Source of the DNA: Pedosphaera sp.
GTDB taxonomy: Bacteria; Verrucomicrobiota; Verrucomicrobiia; Limisphaerales; SIBH01
Direction: 5' to 3'
NCBI GenBank assembly: GCA_031414955.1
Contig: JANOQV010000178.1
Coordinates: 1-36,115 of the forward strand
DNA length: 36,115 bases
Part shown: positions 10,038 through 18,393 of the stretch, piece after piece
How positions within the stretch are numbered: position 1 is the first letter of the stretch
Layout of the letters: every line of letters begins with the position of its first letter
Notes under the pieces: model-generated
The model's input: only the letters and a program-made list of their open reading frames with translations
Database searches by the model: none
What the model was told of the DNA's origin: nothing
Program-made: the position numbers and the translations under genes

Positions 10038-10142
10038 GGTGGGGCGTCGCTGTCCCCAGCGCGCCGGGCCACTGGGCAAAAGGTGGCCAAGATTCCATTC
10101 ATACGCCTCACCCCGGCGCGCTGAGGACAGCGACGCCCTACC
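10038..10142. repeat. REP-like inverted doublet (GTAG/GTGG-type), 31-bp arms
   Basis: ggtggggcgtcgctgtccccagcgcgccggg (10038-10068) vs reverse complement of 10112-10142 ggtagggcgtcgctgtcctcagcgcgccggg; 2 mismatches. Confidence 0.9.
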
Positions 10143-10151
10143 ATCTGTTGC

Positions 10152-11522
10152 ATGATCATCCCCCGCACCAGACTGCTGATCTGGTTCGCGCTCATCGCGA
10201 TCCCGTTCGCGACCCTTGGCGGAGTGGTGCCGGGTGCGGCCGGCATCGCGGTGGCGTTGATTGCCTTGTTCGCATTGGCCGTGGCGACGGATGCCTGGCT
10301 GGCCTCGCGCTCGCTCCGGGGAATCAGCCTTGAACTCACACCGCTGCTGCGCACCACGCAGGATCGCCCGTTTTCCATCGGCGTGCGTGTGGGCAATCCC
10401 TCCACCGTCGCGCGCCTCGTGCGGATCGCGCTGGCTTTTCCACCTGAGGTGTTTCCGGCGGCTGACGATCTGCTCATCACGCTGCCGGGCGAGTCTGAAT
10501 GGTCCACGTTCGACTGGAGTTGCACGGGCCGGCAGCGCGGCAAATTCCAGATCAGCAGCGCGCGGGTCGAGGCGCGTTCGCCGCTTGGCTTCTGGGCGCA
10601 CTGGAAAACGGTGCCGGCGCAGGCGGAGGTCCGCGTCTATCCCAGCCTCGCCCGAGAGCGCAAGAACCTGGCCGCGCTCTTCCTCAACCGAGGTGCCTTC
10701 GGCATTCACGCCCAGCGACAGGTCGGCCGCGGTCGCGACTTCGAGAAACTGCGCGACTACGTGGCGGGCGACAGCATTGAGGACGTCCACTGGAAGGCCA
10801 CCGCCAAACGCGGCCATCCCGTGACCAAGGTTTATCAAATCGAGCGCACGCAGGAGGTGTATGTCATCATCGATGCGTCGCGACTGAGCGGACGAAAAGT
10901 TGGCCGTGCGGAAAGTTCGGAGTCTTCTCCCCTCTCAACCCTGAACCCTGAACCCTCAACTTCCTTGGAGCGCTTCATCACCGCCGCGCTCATCCTCGGC
11001 CAGGCCGCCGAGCAGCAGGGCGATCTCTTCGGCCTGCTCACCTTCAGCGACAAGATCGAGACCTTCCTCCGGGCGCGCAACGGCCCGGCGCATTACCACG
11101 CCTGCCGCGACGCGCTCTACACCTTGCAGGCCCGTGAGGTCGCGCCGGACTTCGATGAGTTAAGCACCTTCATCCGCCTGCGCATGAGACGGCGCGCGCT
11201 GCTGCTCTTCCTCACTTCGCTCGACGATCCCGTGGCCGCCGAATCGTTCGTGCGCAACATCGACCTCGTCTGCCGCCAACATCTGGTGATCGTCAACGTG
11301 CTCCAACCGTCGGAGGTGCGTCCCATTTTCACCAACGATTCCGTGAACCGGGCGGGTGAAATCTACGGCGAACTGGCCGGCCACCTGCGCTGGCACGCGT
11401 TGCGCGAGCTGGAGAAGGTGTTGCAGCGGCGCGGCGTCCGGCTGGGGATGCTGCCCAGCGAACGCCTCGCCGTGGATTTGGTTTCGCAGTATGTGGGGGT
11501 GAAGCAAAGGCAGTTGATATGA
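10152..11522 (+). CDS. DUF58 domain protein (MoxR-associated)
   Basis: G.G.DFEKLRDY..GD....VHWKATAK...PVTK.YQ.ER.Q...IIDASR; N-terminal TMs. Confidence 0.93.
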   Translation: MIIPRTRLLIWFALIAIPFATLGGVVPGAAGIAVALIALFALAVATDAWLASRSLRGISLELTPLLRTTQDRPFSIGVRVGNPSTVARLVRIALAFPPEVFPAADDLLITLPGESEWSTFDWSCTGRQRGKFQISSARVEARSPLGFWAHWKTVPAQAEVRVYPSLARERKNLAALFLNRGAFGIHAQRQVGRGRDFEKLRDYVAGDSIEDVHWKATAKRGHPVTKVYQIERTQEVYVIIDASRLSGRKVGRAESSESSPLSTLNPEPSTSLERFITAALILGQAAEQQGDLFGLLTFSDKIETFLRARNGPAHYHACRDALYTLQAREVAPDFDELSTFIRLRMRRRALLLFLTSLDDPVAAESFVRNIDLVCRQHLVIVNVLQPSEVRPIFTNDSVNRAGEIYGELAGHLRWHALRELEKVLQRRGVRLGMLPSERLAVDLVSQYVGVKQRQLI

Positions 11523-11660
11523 AACCCCACACTCCACACTCCAAACTCCAGGCAAGCACCAAGCTCCAGGTGCCAGCCGCCGGAAGAGTGCAGCCGCCGT
11601 GCTGTTGGTGCTTGGGACTTGAAGCTTCTCTGGGTTTTGGGGTTTGGGGTTTGGGGTTTT
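11522..11660. repeat. Heptamer-array hairpin element (AAACCCC/AAACTCC variant)
   Basis: Left arm aaacccc acactcc acactcc aaactcc aggc aagcacc aagctcc aggtgcc; right arm 11606-11660 reverse-complements to (aaacccc)3 aaaaccc agag aagcttc aagtccc aagcacc. Confidence 0.85.
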
Positions 11661-11667
11661 TCTAAAC

Positions 11668-12690
11668 ATGATCATCGACCTCCCCAAATTCACCGCCCTC
11701 GAACGCCCCGCCTGGCAGGAGCTGGAGCGACTGCTCGAGCGCCTCGAAGCCGACCCCGCCTTCCGGCTCAAGCTCGATCAGGCCAAGCGGTTCCATTACC
11801 TCTACGAGCGCACCTCGGCGGACCTGGCCAAGCTCGTGACCTTCTCCGCCGAACCGGAACTGCGGCGCTATCTGGAAAGCCTGGTGGCCCGGGCTTACTC
11901 CGAGATTCACGAGACCCGCGGCGGTCGCAAACGCTTCGCGCCTCTCGCCTGGTTCATGCAGACCCTGCCGCAGACTTTTCGCCGCCACGTCCAAGCGTTC
12001 CATCTCTCGCTGGCCATCACGCTCGTCGGGTGCATGTTCGGCGCGGCGGCACTGACCTTCGACCCAGAGTCCAAGGCGGTCATCATGCCGGAAATGTTCG
12101 CCAGTCACCTGGGCGATCCCGCGGAACGGGTACGCCGGGAAGAAGCCGCCACCCGGGACCACATGGCGGGGGGCAAGGCGAGCTTCTCCGCCTCCTTGAT
12201 GCGCAACAACATCTCGGTCTCCATCAAGGCGCTGGCCCTCGGCTTCACCTACGGCCTTGGGACCATCATCCTGCTTTTCTACAACGGCATCATCCTCGGC
12301 CTCATCAGCGCCGATTACGTGGCGGCCGGTCAGACCAAGTTCCTGCTCGGCTGGCTGCTGCCGCATGGCGTGATTGAAATCCCCGCCATCCTCATCGCCG
12401 GCCAGGCCGGGCTGATGCTGGCCCACGCGCTGATCGGCTGGGGCAGTCGCGAGCGGCTGGCCTCGCGCTTTCGCACCCTCGCGCCGGACCTGGTCACGCT
12501 CATCTTTGGCGTGGCCCTGATGCTGGTCTGGGCCGGCTTCATCGAGTCGTTCCTATCGCAATACCACGAGCCGGTGATTCCCTATTCGGCCAAGATTGCC
12601 TTTGGCGTCATCGAACTGGTGATGCTGATTCTCTTCCTCTCGCGCTGCGGCCGGAAAAGTGCCGCGACCGCCCACCGCTCTGCGCCATGA
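11668..12690 (+). CDS. SpoIIM-like (DUF95) membrane protein
   Basis: W.ELE.LL...Y.R.S.DLA...YL..LV.RAY..I; NNI.VS....A.G, NG..LG, LLPHGVIEIPAI.IAG.AG, AG.IES. Start set at ATG 11668. Confidence 0.9.
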   Translation: MIIDLPKFTALERPAWQELERLLERLEADPAFRLKLDQAKRFHYLYERTSADLAKLVTFSAEPELRRYLESLVARAYSEIHETRGGRKRFAPLAWFMQTLPQTFRRHVQAFHLSLAITLVGCMFGAAALTFDPESKAVIMPEMFASHLGDPAERVRREEAATRDHMAGGKASFSASLMRNNISVSIKALALGFTYGLGTIILLFYNGIILGLISADYVAAGQTKFLLGWLLPHGVIEIPAILIAGQAGLMLAHALIGWGSRERLASRFRTLAPDLVTLIFGVALMLVWAGFIESFLSQYHEPVIPYSAKIAFGVIELVMLILFLSRCGRKSAATAHRSAP

Positions 12691-13520
12691 CCCGCACCCA
12701 CACCTTGCTCATCCGCACGCCCGAGGGCGTGGTGTTCGCGCAGACCCTCGCCGGGCCGGTGGCACGCTTCCTGGCCTGGGGCATCGACTTCGCCTGCGCG
12801 GCCATCATCATCATCCTGATGAACATCGCCGTCGCCTTCCTCTCCGTCGTCACGCCTGATCTCGCCGCGACCCTCAGCATCCTGTTCTTCTTCATCGTCT
12901 CCATCGGTTACGGCATGACGCAGGAATGGTTCTGGCGCGGGCAAACCATCGGCAAGCGTGTGCTGCGCCTGCGCGTCGTGGATGCGCAGGGTCTGCGGCT
13001 GCAATTCAGCCAGGTGGCCATCCGCAACTTGCTCCGGGCCGTCGATCTGCTTCCCGGCCTCTACGTCATCGGCGGCGTGGCCACGCTCTGCACGCGCCAG
13101 GCCCAGCGGCTCGGCGATCTCGCGGCCAACACCGTGGTCATTCGCATCCCGAGAATCATCGAGCCAAACCTCGAGACCCTCGGCGCGGACAAGTTCAATT
13201 CGCTGCGCAGTCATCCGCATCTCTGCGCCCGGCTCCGCCAGCGCGTGACCCCCGCCGAAGCCTCCACCGCCCTCCAGGCCATCGCCCGGCGCGATGAATT
13301 CGAGGCCGTGCCCCGCGTGCAGCTTTTCCAGGAACTGGCCGCGCACTTCAAAACCAGGGTCGCCTTTCCCTCCGAGGCCATCGACGGACTCGCCGACGAA
13401 CAGTACATCCGCAATCTCGTCGATGTGCTCTATCGCACCGACCCCAGACGTGCCGCCGCCATCCCGCCGGACCCCGGCGCGCACCGGCCAGACACCAGCA
13501 TTCCGTTCACCCCCGTATGA
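12687..13520 (+). CDS. RDD family protein
   Basis: TPEGV....LAG...RFLA..ID; GQTIGKR.L.LRVV; IRNLLR.VD; QRLGDLAA.T.V; ATGA overlap. Confidence 0.92.
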   Translation: MTRTHTLLIRTPEGVVFAQTLAGPVARFLAWGIDFACAAIIIILMNIAVAFLSVVTPDLAATLSILFFFIVSIGYGMTQEWFWRGQTIGKRVLRLRVVDAQGLRLQFSQVAIRNLLRAVDLLPGLYVIGGVATLCTRQAQRLGDLAANTVVIRIPRIIEPNLETLGADKFNSLRSHPHLCARLRQRVTPAEASTALQAIARRDEFEAVPRVQLFQELAAHFKTRVAFPSEAIDGLADEQYIRNLVDVLYRTDPRRAAAIPPDPGAHRPDTSIPFTPV

Positions 13521-14647
13521 ACACTGGCGAACTCATCGCTTACCATTACGCCACCCGCCGGCCCGTGCGCCTGACCTGGCAGGAGGGACAAATCACCGCC
13601 CTCACTGAAGTCGCGGAGCGGCCGGAGACGAATCTCTGGATCGCGCCCCCGCTGCTGGACCTCCAGATCAACGGCTACGCCGGCGTGGACTTTCAGCGCG
13701 ACGATCTCACCCTGGATAAACTCCTGCACGCCGCCCGCGCGCTGCGCCGCGATGGCTGCGTCCGGTTTTTCTTCACCCTCATCACCGACGAATGGCCGCG
13801 CCTGATGACGCGCCTCGAACGCGCCCGCCAGTTGCGCGCCCAATCGCCCGAGTTGCGGGCCGCCATTGTCGGCTGGCACATCGAAGGTCCGTTCCTCTCC
13901 GGGCAGCCGGGCTTTTGCGGCGCGCACCAGCCAGCCCTCATGTGCGACCCGACCGCGCAGCATCTGCACACCCTGCGCGCCGTGACCGGCCACGACCCCG
14001 TGCTCATCACCCTCGCGCCCGAACGCGCCGGCGCCCTCGACGCCATCCGCCTCGCGCGCCAGCTCAGGATGACCGTGAGTCTCGGACACACTGATGCCCC
14101 GGCCGCCACCCTGCACGCCGCCGTGGCAGCGGGCGCGACCGGCTTCACTCATCTCGCCAACGGCTGCCCGCGCGAACTGGATCGCCACGACAACATTCTC
14201 TGGCGCGTCGCCGACGAACCTGCACTGGGCGCAAGCTTCATCCCGGACGGCCTCCATGTCTCGCCCGCACCCTTCCGCGCCCTGCACCGGCTGCTCGGTT
14301 CCGAACGCCTGATTTACTACACGACCGACGCCATGAGCGCGGGCGGCGCCGGACCCGGCCGTTACACCCTGGGCAACATCGAGTTGGAAGTCGGCCCGGA
14401 CCAAGTGGTGCGCCAGCCCGGCCAGACCAATTTCTCCGGCTCGGCCCTGCGTCCCATCGACGGCGTGTTCCGTGCGGCGGAAATGTTGCGCGTCCCGTGG
14501 CCGGAATGCTGGCAGCGGTTCTCGGAAACACCGGCCCAATTCGTCGGCCTGAGCAATCAACTCGCCGTCGGCGAACCCGTCGCGTTCTGCGCCGTCGAAC
14601 TCGGGGAAGAAAACCAGGTCTTGCACTTGTCCGTGAACCCATATTGA
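13517..14647 (+). CDS. nagA: N-acetylglucosamine-6-phosphate deacetylase
   Basis: DLQINGYAG, HIEGPFL, GAH, TLAPE, SLGHT, THL.NG, DG.HV, TDAM, L/FSGS; ATGA overlap with RDD. Confidence 0.88.
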   Translation: MNTGELIAYHYATRRPVRLTWQEGQITALTEVAERPETNLWIAPPLLDLQINGYAGVDFQRDDLTLDKLLHAARALRRDGCVRFFFTLITDEWPRLMTRLERARQLRAQSPELRAAIVGWHIEGPFLSGQPGFCGAHQPALMCDPTAQHLHTLRAVTGHDPVLITLAPERAGALDAIRLARQLRMTVSLGHTDAPAATLHAAVAAGATGFTHLANGCPRELDRHDNILWRVADEPALGASFIPDGLHVSPAPFRALHRLLGSERLIYYTTDAMSAGGAGPGRYTLGNIELEVGPDQVVRQPGQTNFSGSALRPIDGVFRAAEMLRVPWPECWQRFSETPAQFVGLSNQLAVGEPVAFCAVELGEENQVLHLSVNPY

Positions 14648-14803
14648 GACTCGGGCCAGCGCGGGACAGACCATGAATCCATGGACGTGAGCGCAGGCGG
14701 AGCACTCCGGCACCTTTCATGCACCCGGTCCAGCGACACCCCAGCAGCGCGCCCGGCGCAAAAAGTCGTGAGTTCCAGCCGCGGCGCTTTTATCGTCGCC
14801 GCC

Positions 14804-15733
14804 ATGTCTGCAACCTTGAAAGCCCTGCGTGCGCTGTCCGACTCGACCCGCCTCCGCATCATGGCGCTGCTGGAGCGGGACGAATTGTCGGTGAACGAGC
14901 TGCAGGACATCACCCGCCTGGGCCAGTCGCGCATCTCCACCCACCTGCGGTTGCTCCAGGATGCGGGCTTGCTCCAATCGCGACGCGAAGGCAAGCGCAC
15001 CTTCTACCGCAGCCAGGAGCAGGCGGATGAATCGGCGCGGGAATTCATGGTGCTGGCGGCCAGAGGCGCGAAGGAACTGCCCGAGCACGCCAGCGACGAG
15101 GTGAACTTGAAGCGCATCCTCGCGCGGCGGAAACAGAAGGAGCAGGTTTACTTCAACCAGGTGGCGGGCCGCTTCGACCGCAGCTACGGGCCGGGCCGAT
15201 CGTGGCAGGCGTTTGGACAATTGCTGCTCCACATGCTCCCGCCGATCACGGTGGCCGATCTCGGTTCGGGCGAAGGTTTGTTGAGCGAGTTGCTGGCCCG
15301 TCGCTGCAAGAAGGTCATCGCGGTGGACAACTCGGAGAAGATGGTCGAGTTCGGCGCGCGCAAGGCGCGGAAGAACGGGGTCAAGAATCTGGAGTTCCGG
15401 CTGGGTGACTTGGAGAACCCTCCGGTGGAACCGGAAAGCGTGGACCTGGTGGTGCTCAGTCAGGCGCTGCATCACGCCGAGAAACCCGACGAGACCATCC
15501 AGGCGGCGTATCGCTTGCTGGTTCCCGGCGGGCAGTTGCTGCTGCTCGATCTGGCGAAACACAAGTTTGACCGGGCGCACGAACTCTACGGCGACCGTTG
15601 GCTGGGATTTGCCGAGAGTGATCTGCACCGCTGGCTGGAGGCGGCGGGCTTCAAGAAGATCGAGATCAACCTCGTGGCCCGCGAGGAGCAGCCGCCGCAC
15701 TTCGAGACCGTGCTGGCCTCGGGGCAGAAGTAG
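14804..15733 (+). CDS. ArsR-family regulator fused to a SAM-binding methyltransferase domain (SahR-like)
   Basis: LRALSDSTRLRI..LL...ELSV.EL......QSRISTHL..L...GL...RREG...FY, then VADLGSGEG, AVDNS, QALHHA..P. Start at ATG 14804. Confidence 0.9.
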   Translation: MSATLKALRALSDSTRLRIMALLERDELSVNELQDITRLGQSRISTHLRLLQDAGLLQSRREGKRTFYRSQEQADESAREFMVLAARGAKELPEHASDEVNLKRILARRKQKEQVYFNQVAGRFDRSYGPGRSWQAFGQLLLHMLPPITVADLGSGEGLLSELLARRCKKVIAVDNSEKMVEFGARKARKNGVKNLEFRLGDLENPPVEPESVDLVVLSQALHHAEKPDETIQAAYRLLVPGGQLLLLDLAKHKFDRAHELYGDRWLGFAESDLHRWLEAAGFKKIEINLVAREEQPPHFETVLASGQK

Positions 15734-15777
15734 TCGTGGGCGCGGGACGGACACGGCGTCTCGGCGTTCCGCAGCGT

Positions 15778-17244
15778 TCAGGCGAGGATCTCTTTAATCC
15801 GTTCGCCGTGGTCGAGGTCGAGCCGCTTGCGGCCCGGCACTTCCAGCTTGTGCGAGTCGAGTCCCATCAGATGCAGCACCGTGGCGTGAATGTCCGTGAC
15901 ATAGCGGCGATCTACCGCCGAGTGAAAACCAATCTCATCCGTCGCACCGTAAATCGTGCCGCCCTTCACGCCCGCGCCCGCCAGCCAGGCGCAGAAGGCC
16001 TGCGGATGATGATCGCGCCCCGTGCCTTCCGCGCCAGGTGAGCGGCCAAACTCCGTGCCGAACACGACGAGCGTGTCCTGCAACAGGCCGCGCTGCTTCA
16101 AGTCCTTGAGCAGTCCGGCAATCGGCTGGTCCACCTGCGCCGCAAGCTTGGTGTGATTCGATTTGATCTCCGAGTGCGCGTCCCAATCGCCGCCGCCACC
16201 GCCGCCGTGGAACAATTGCACGAAGCGCACGCCGCGCTCCACCAACCGCCGCGCCGCGAGGCATTGCTCGCCAAAGGCTTTCGTCTCGGGCCGGTCGAGT
16301 CCGTAGAGCTTGCGCGTGGCCTCGGATTCTTTTTCCAACTGCATCGTCTCGGGAATCGAAGTCTGCATCTGGAAGGCCAGCTCGTAGGACTTGATGCGCG
16401 CGCGCAGATTCTGGTCGTCGGGATAATCAATGCCCGCGAGGTTGTTCAACTTGCCGAGCAAACTCAGGTTCGCCGCCTGTTCCTCCGGCGACACGCCATC
16501 GGGCGGCTTGAGGAACGGCAACGGCTTCTTCGCATCCACGTTCAGCCGCACGCCGCCGTACTCCGGACCGAGATACGCCGCGCCGTGCGTGAAGGCTCCG
16601 CCGCAGCAATCGCCCGTGGGCACGCCGAGCACGACATACTCAGGGAGATTTTCGTTGATGGAGCCGAGTCCGTAGCTGACCCACGAGCCGAGCGTGGGAT
16701 GCTCCAGCTCGCGCGGATGCCGCCCCGTCTGCCAAGTCAGTTGCGCGCCGTGATCGTTGTGAATCGTCCAGAGCGAGCGCACCACCGCGAGGTCGTCCGC
16801 GCACTCGCCCACGTTCTTGAACCAGTCGCCCACCACCAGCCCGCTCTCGCCAAACGCCTTGTAGCCGGCCTGCAACGGCATGATGACCTTGCGGTTCCCG
16901 TGCGCCGGATTCGCGCCGATCACGTCCTTGCCCTCGGTCTTAATCACGTCGGCGTACGGCGTCTCGGAAATGGATTTGCCCGCGTATTTGTTCAACTCCG
17001 GCTTCACGTCGAAGCTCTCAAGGTGGCTCACGCCGCCGCACAGAAAAATCCAAATGACCGACTTGGCCTTCGGCGCGAAATGCGGCTTCCCGTCTGGCGG
17101 ACGCCACGCCGACTCCTCCGCCCGCGCCACGCCCTCCTTGAACAACATCGCGCCGAGCGCCAGCCCAGTGAACCCCATGCCGGTGTCGGCGAGGAACGAG
17201 CGGCGGGTGACGCCGGGGCAACCGTGATGGTTGGTGGCTTTCAT
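15778..17244 (-). CDS. DUF1501 protein with Tat-like leader
   Basis: TRRSFL leader, PHF.PKAKSVI..F..GG.SH..SFD.KP, SYELAFQMQ, CL.ARRLVERGVRFVQ, WD.H, EFGR.P, GRDH.P. Confidence 0.93.
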   Translation of the reverse strand: MKATNHHGCPGVTRRSFLADTGMGFTGLALGAMLFKEGVARAEESAWRPPDGKPHFAPKAKSVIWIFLCGGVSHLESFDVKPELNKYAGKSISETPYADVIKTEGKDVIGANPAHGNRKVIMPLQAGYKAFGESGLVVGDWFKNVGECADDLAVVRSLWTIHNDHGAQLTWQTGRHPRELEHPTLGSWVSYGLGSINENLPEYVVLGVPTGDCCGGAFTHGAAYLGPEYGGVRLNVDAKKPLPFLKPPDGVSPEEQAANLSLLGKLNNLAGIDYPDDQNLRARIKSYELAFQMQTSIPETMQLEKESEATRKLYGLDRPETKAFGEQCLAARRLVERGVRFVQLFHGGGGGGDWDAHSEIKSNHTKLAAQVDQPIAGLLKDLKQRGLLQDTLVVFGTEFGRSPGAEGTGRDHHPQAFCAWLAGAGVKGGTIYGATDEIGFHSAVDRRYVTDIHATVLHLMGLDSHKLEVPGRKRLDLDHGERIKEILA

Positions 17245-17254
17245 GCGTTCAGAA

Positions 17255-18352
17255 CTAAAGCTCGACGATTACGTCCTTGCCGAACTTCAACCCGGCAACT
17301 TCTGCCGCCAACCGAATGATGTTCTTCTTCACTACGTTGTTCATGTGCGTGGCGACGAACCAACCTCCCGGCAGCGATTCACGCATGCCACGAAAGTCCT
17401 CACGTTCAGGATAGAGTTCCTCCGGCGTTCGAGCGATGTAGCGGCGCGTGCGACCTTGTGCGTCCGGATGCTGCGAGCAGCGTTCAAGAAATGTCGGATC
17501 GGACTTCGCGAGTTCGCGGAGAACGATGCTCATTGCATCTCTCGCGTTCTGGTAAGAGTGCGCCTTGCCAAGAAGCACCAGCCGCCCGCTTCGCGAAGAT
17601 TCTTTGTGTACGCCGGGCGAGGGCACTGGCCGTGGCAGCAGACGACTCGGTTGTGGCGCGCTCCGTTGTGCCGTTTCGACAATCACTGTCCGGCCCAATC
17701 CAGCGAGAAACTCCGCTACGTCATCGTTGTCAGGACGGACGCCGGCTTTTGACTCGACGGCCCCAGCAAGGAGATCCACCAGGACCTCGTCGCCCTTTTC
17801 CACCAACTCACGCCACGCCTCAGGAATCGCCTCGCGGGCCTGGGAGCGGCGGTTTCGGCTCCGATATTCTTTTCTCGCGGTTTCCAGCGCTTCTCCCGAT
17901 TCGACTCTTGAGTGGGCGAGGTAGCGGTGAAGAATTCCACTGGCTTCGGCAGGCGGACGCTCAAACAAGTCGAGCTTGTAAACCCGCCGGTCCTCGTAGC
18001 TGCCTTGCTCCGCCGGAAGATAAAAACTCCAAGTCCTGCCGTCGGTGAGCACAACGAAGGGAACTCCTTTGTGGAAGGCGTATTCGAGCGCCTGCCGAAC
18101 AGCATCTTCAGCTTTGCCGGGCTGTTTGACCTCGGTGAAAATCGCGGGCTTCGCAGGCGGATGGCAAAGTGCGAAATCAACGCGGCCTTCACCGGTTCCG
18201 TATTCAGGCCAGACCACGGTCGTGTCCCAGGTATCCCAACCAAGTTCTTGAAACACGCGGAGGACGATGCCTTGTGAGATTGACTGCTCATTCGCAAACT
18301 TTCCCTGACGAAGACGCGCGATGATGTCCGTGAGCGTAGTTTCGAGTGACAT
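17255..18352 (-). CDS. HsdR_N-type PD-(D/E)xK nuclease fused to a SeqA-C-like domain
   Basis: N-terminus NE....IV...ELGW...EY....GRVDFAL......FTEVK......A..Q...YA...GV..VLTDG..W..Y; Pro/Arg linker; C-terminus GRTRRYIA..PEEL...GGWFVATHMNN..K..II. Confidence 0.75.
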   Translation of the reverse strand: MSLETTLTDIIARLRQGKFANEQSISQGIVLRVFQELGWDTWDTTVVWPEYGTGEGRVDFALCHPPAKPAIFTEVKQPGKAEDAVRQALEYAFHKGVPFVVLTDGRTWSFYLPAEQGSYEDRRVYKLDLFERPPAEASGILHRYLAHSRVESGEALETARKEYRSRNRRSQAREAIPEAWRELVEKGDEVLVDLLAGAVESKAGVRPDNDDVAEFLAGLGRTVIVETAQRSAPQPSRLLPRPVPSPGVHKESSRSGRLVLLGKAHSYQNARDAMSIVLRELAKSDPTFLERCSQHPDAQGRTRRYIARTPEELYPEREDFRGMRESLPGGWFVATHMNNVVKKNIIRLAAEVAGLKFGKDVIVEL

Positions 18353-18393
18353 TTATCTCTTCGGTTTGTTCCACGTCTCCCACGAAAACGGCA

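Noticed and set aside
8561..10543. Long antisense ORFs (e.g. 8561..10543, 20050..21369, 24601..25887, 32531..33829)
   Set aside because: They shadow well-supported genes on the other strand, are expected at high GC, and show no family motifs.
8823..11660. Repeats as a CRISPR array
   Set aside because: They are inverted and heptameric, not 25-45 bp direct repeats with unique spacers; no cas genes are present.
11668..12690. Sporulation function implied by the SpoIIM name
   Set aside because: The family is widespread in non-sporulating bacteria within MoxR clusters, and no other spo genes are present.
14648..14803. SAM/SAH riboswitch upstream of the ArsR-methyltransferase gene
   Set aside because: No recognisable consensus; a -10 box 7 nt before the ATG argues for a leaderless transcript.
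17255..18352. Type I restriction-modification system
   Set aside because: Only the nuclease-like domain is present; no motor domain, hsdM or hsdS in the window.
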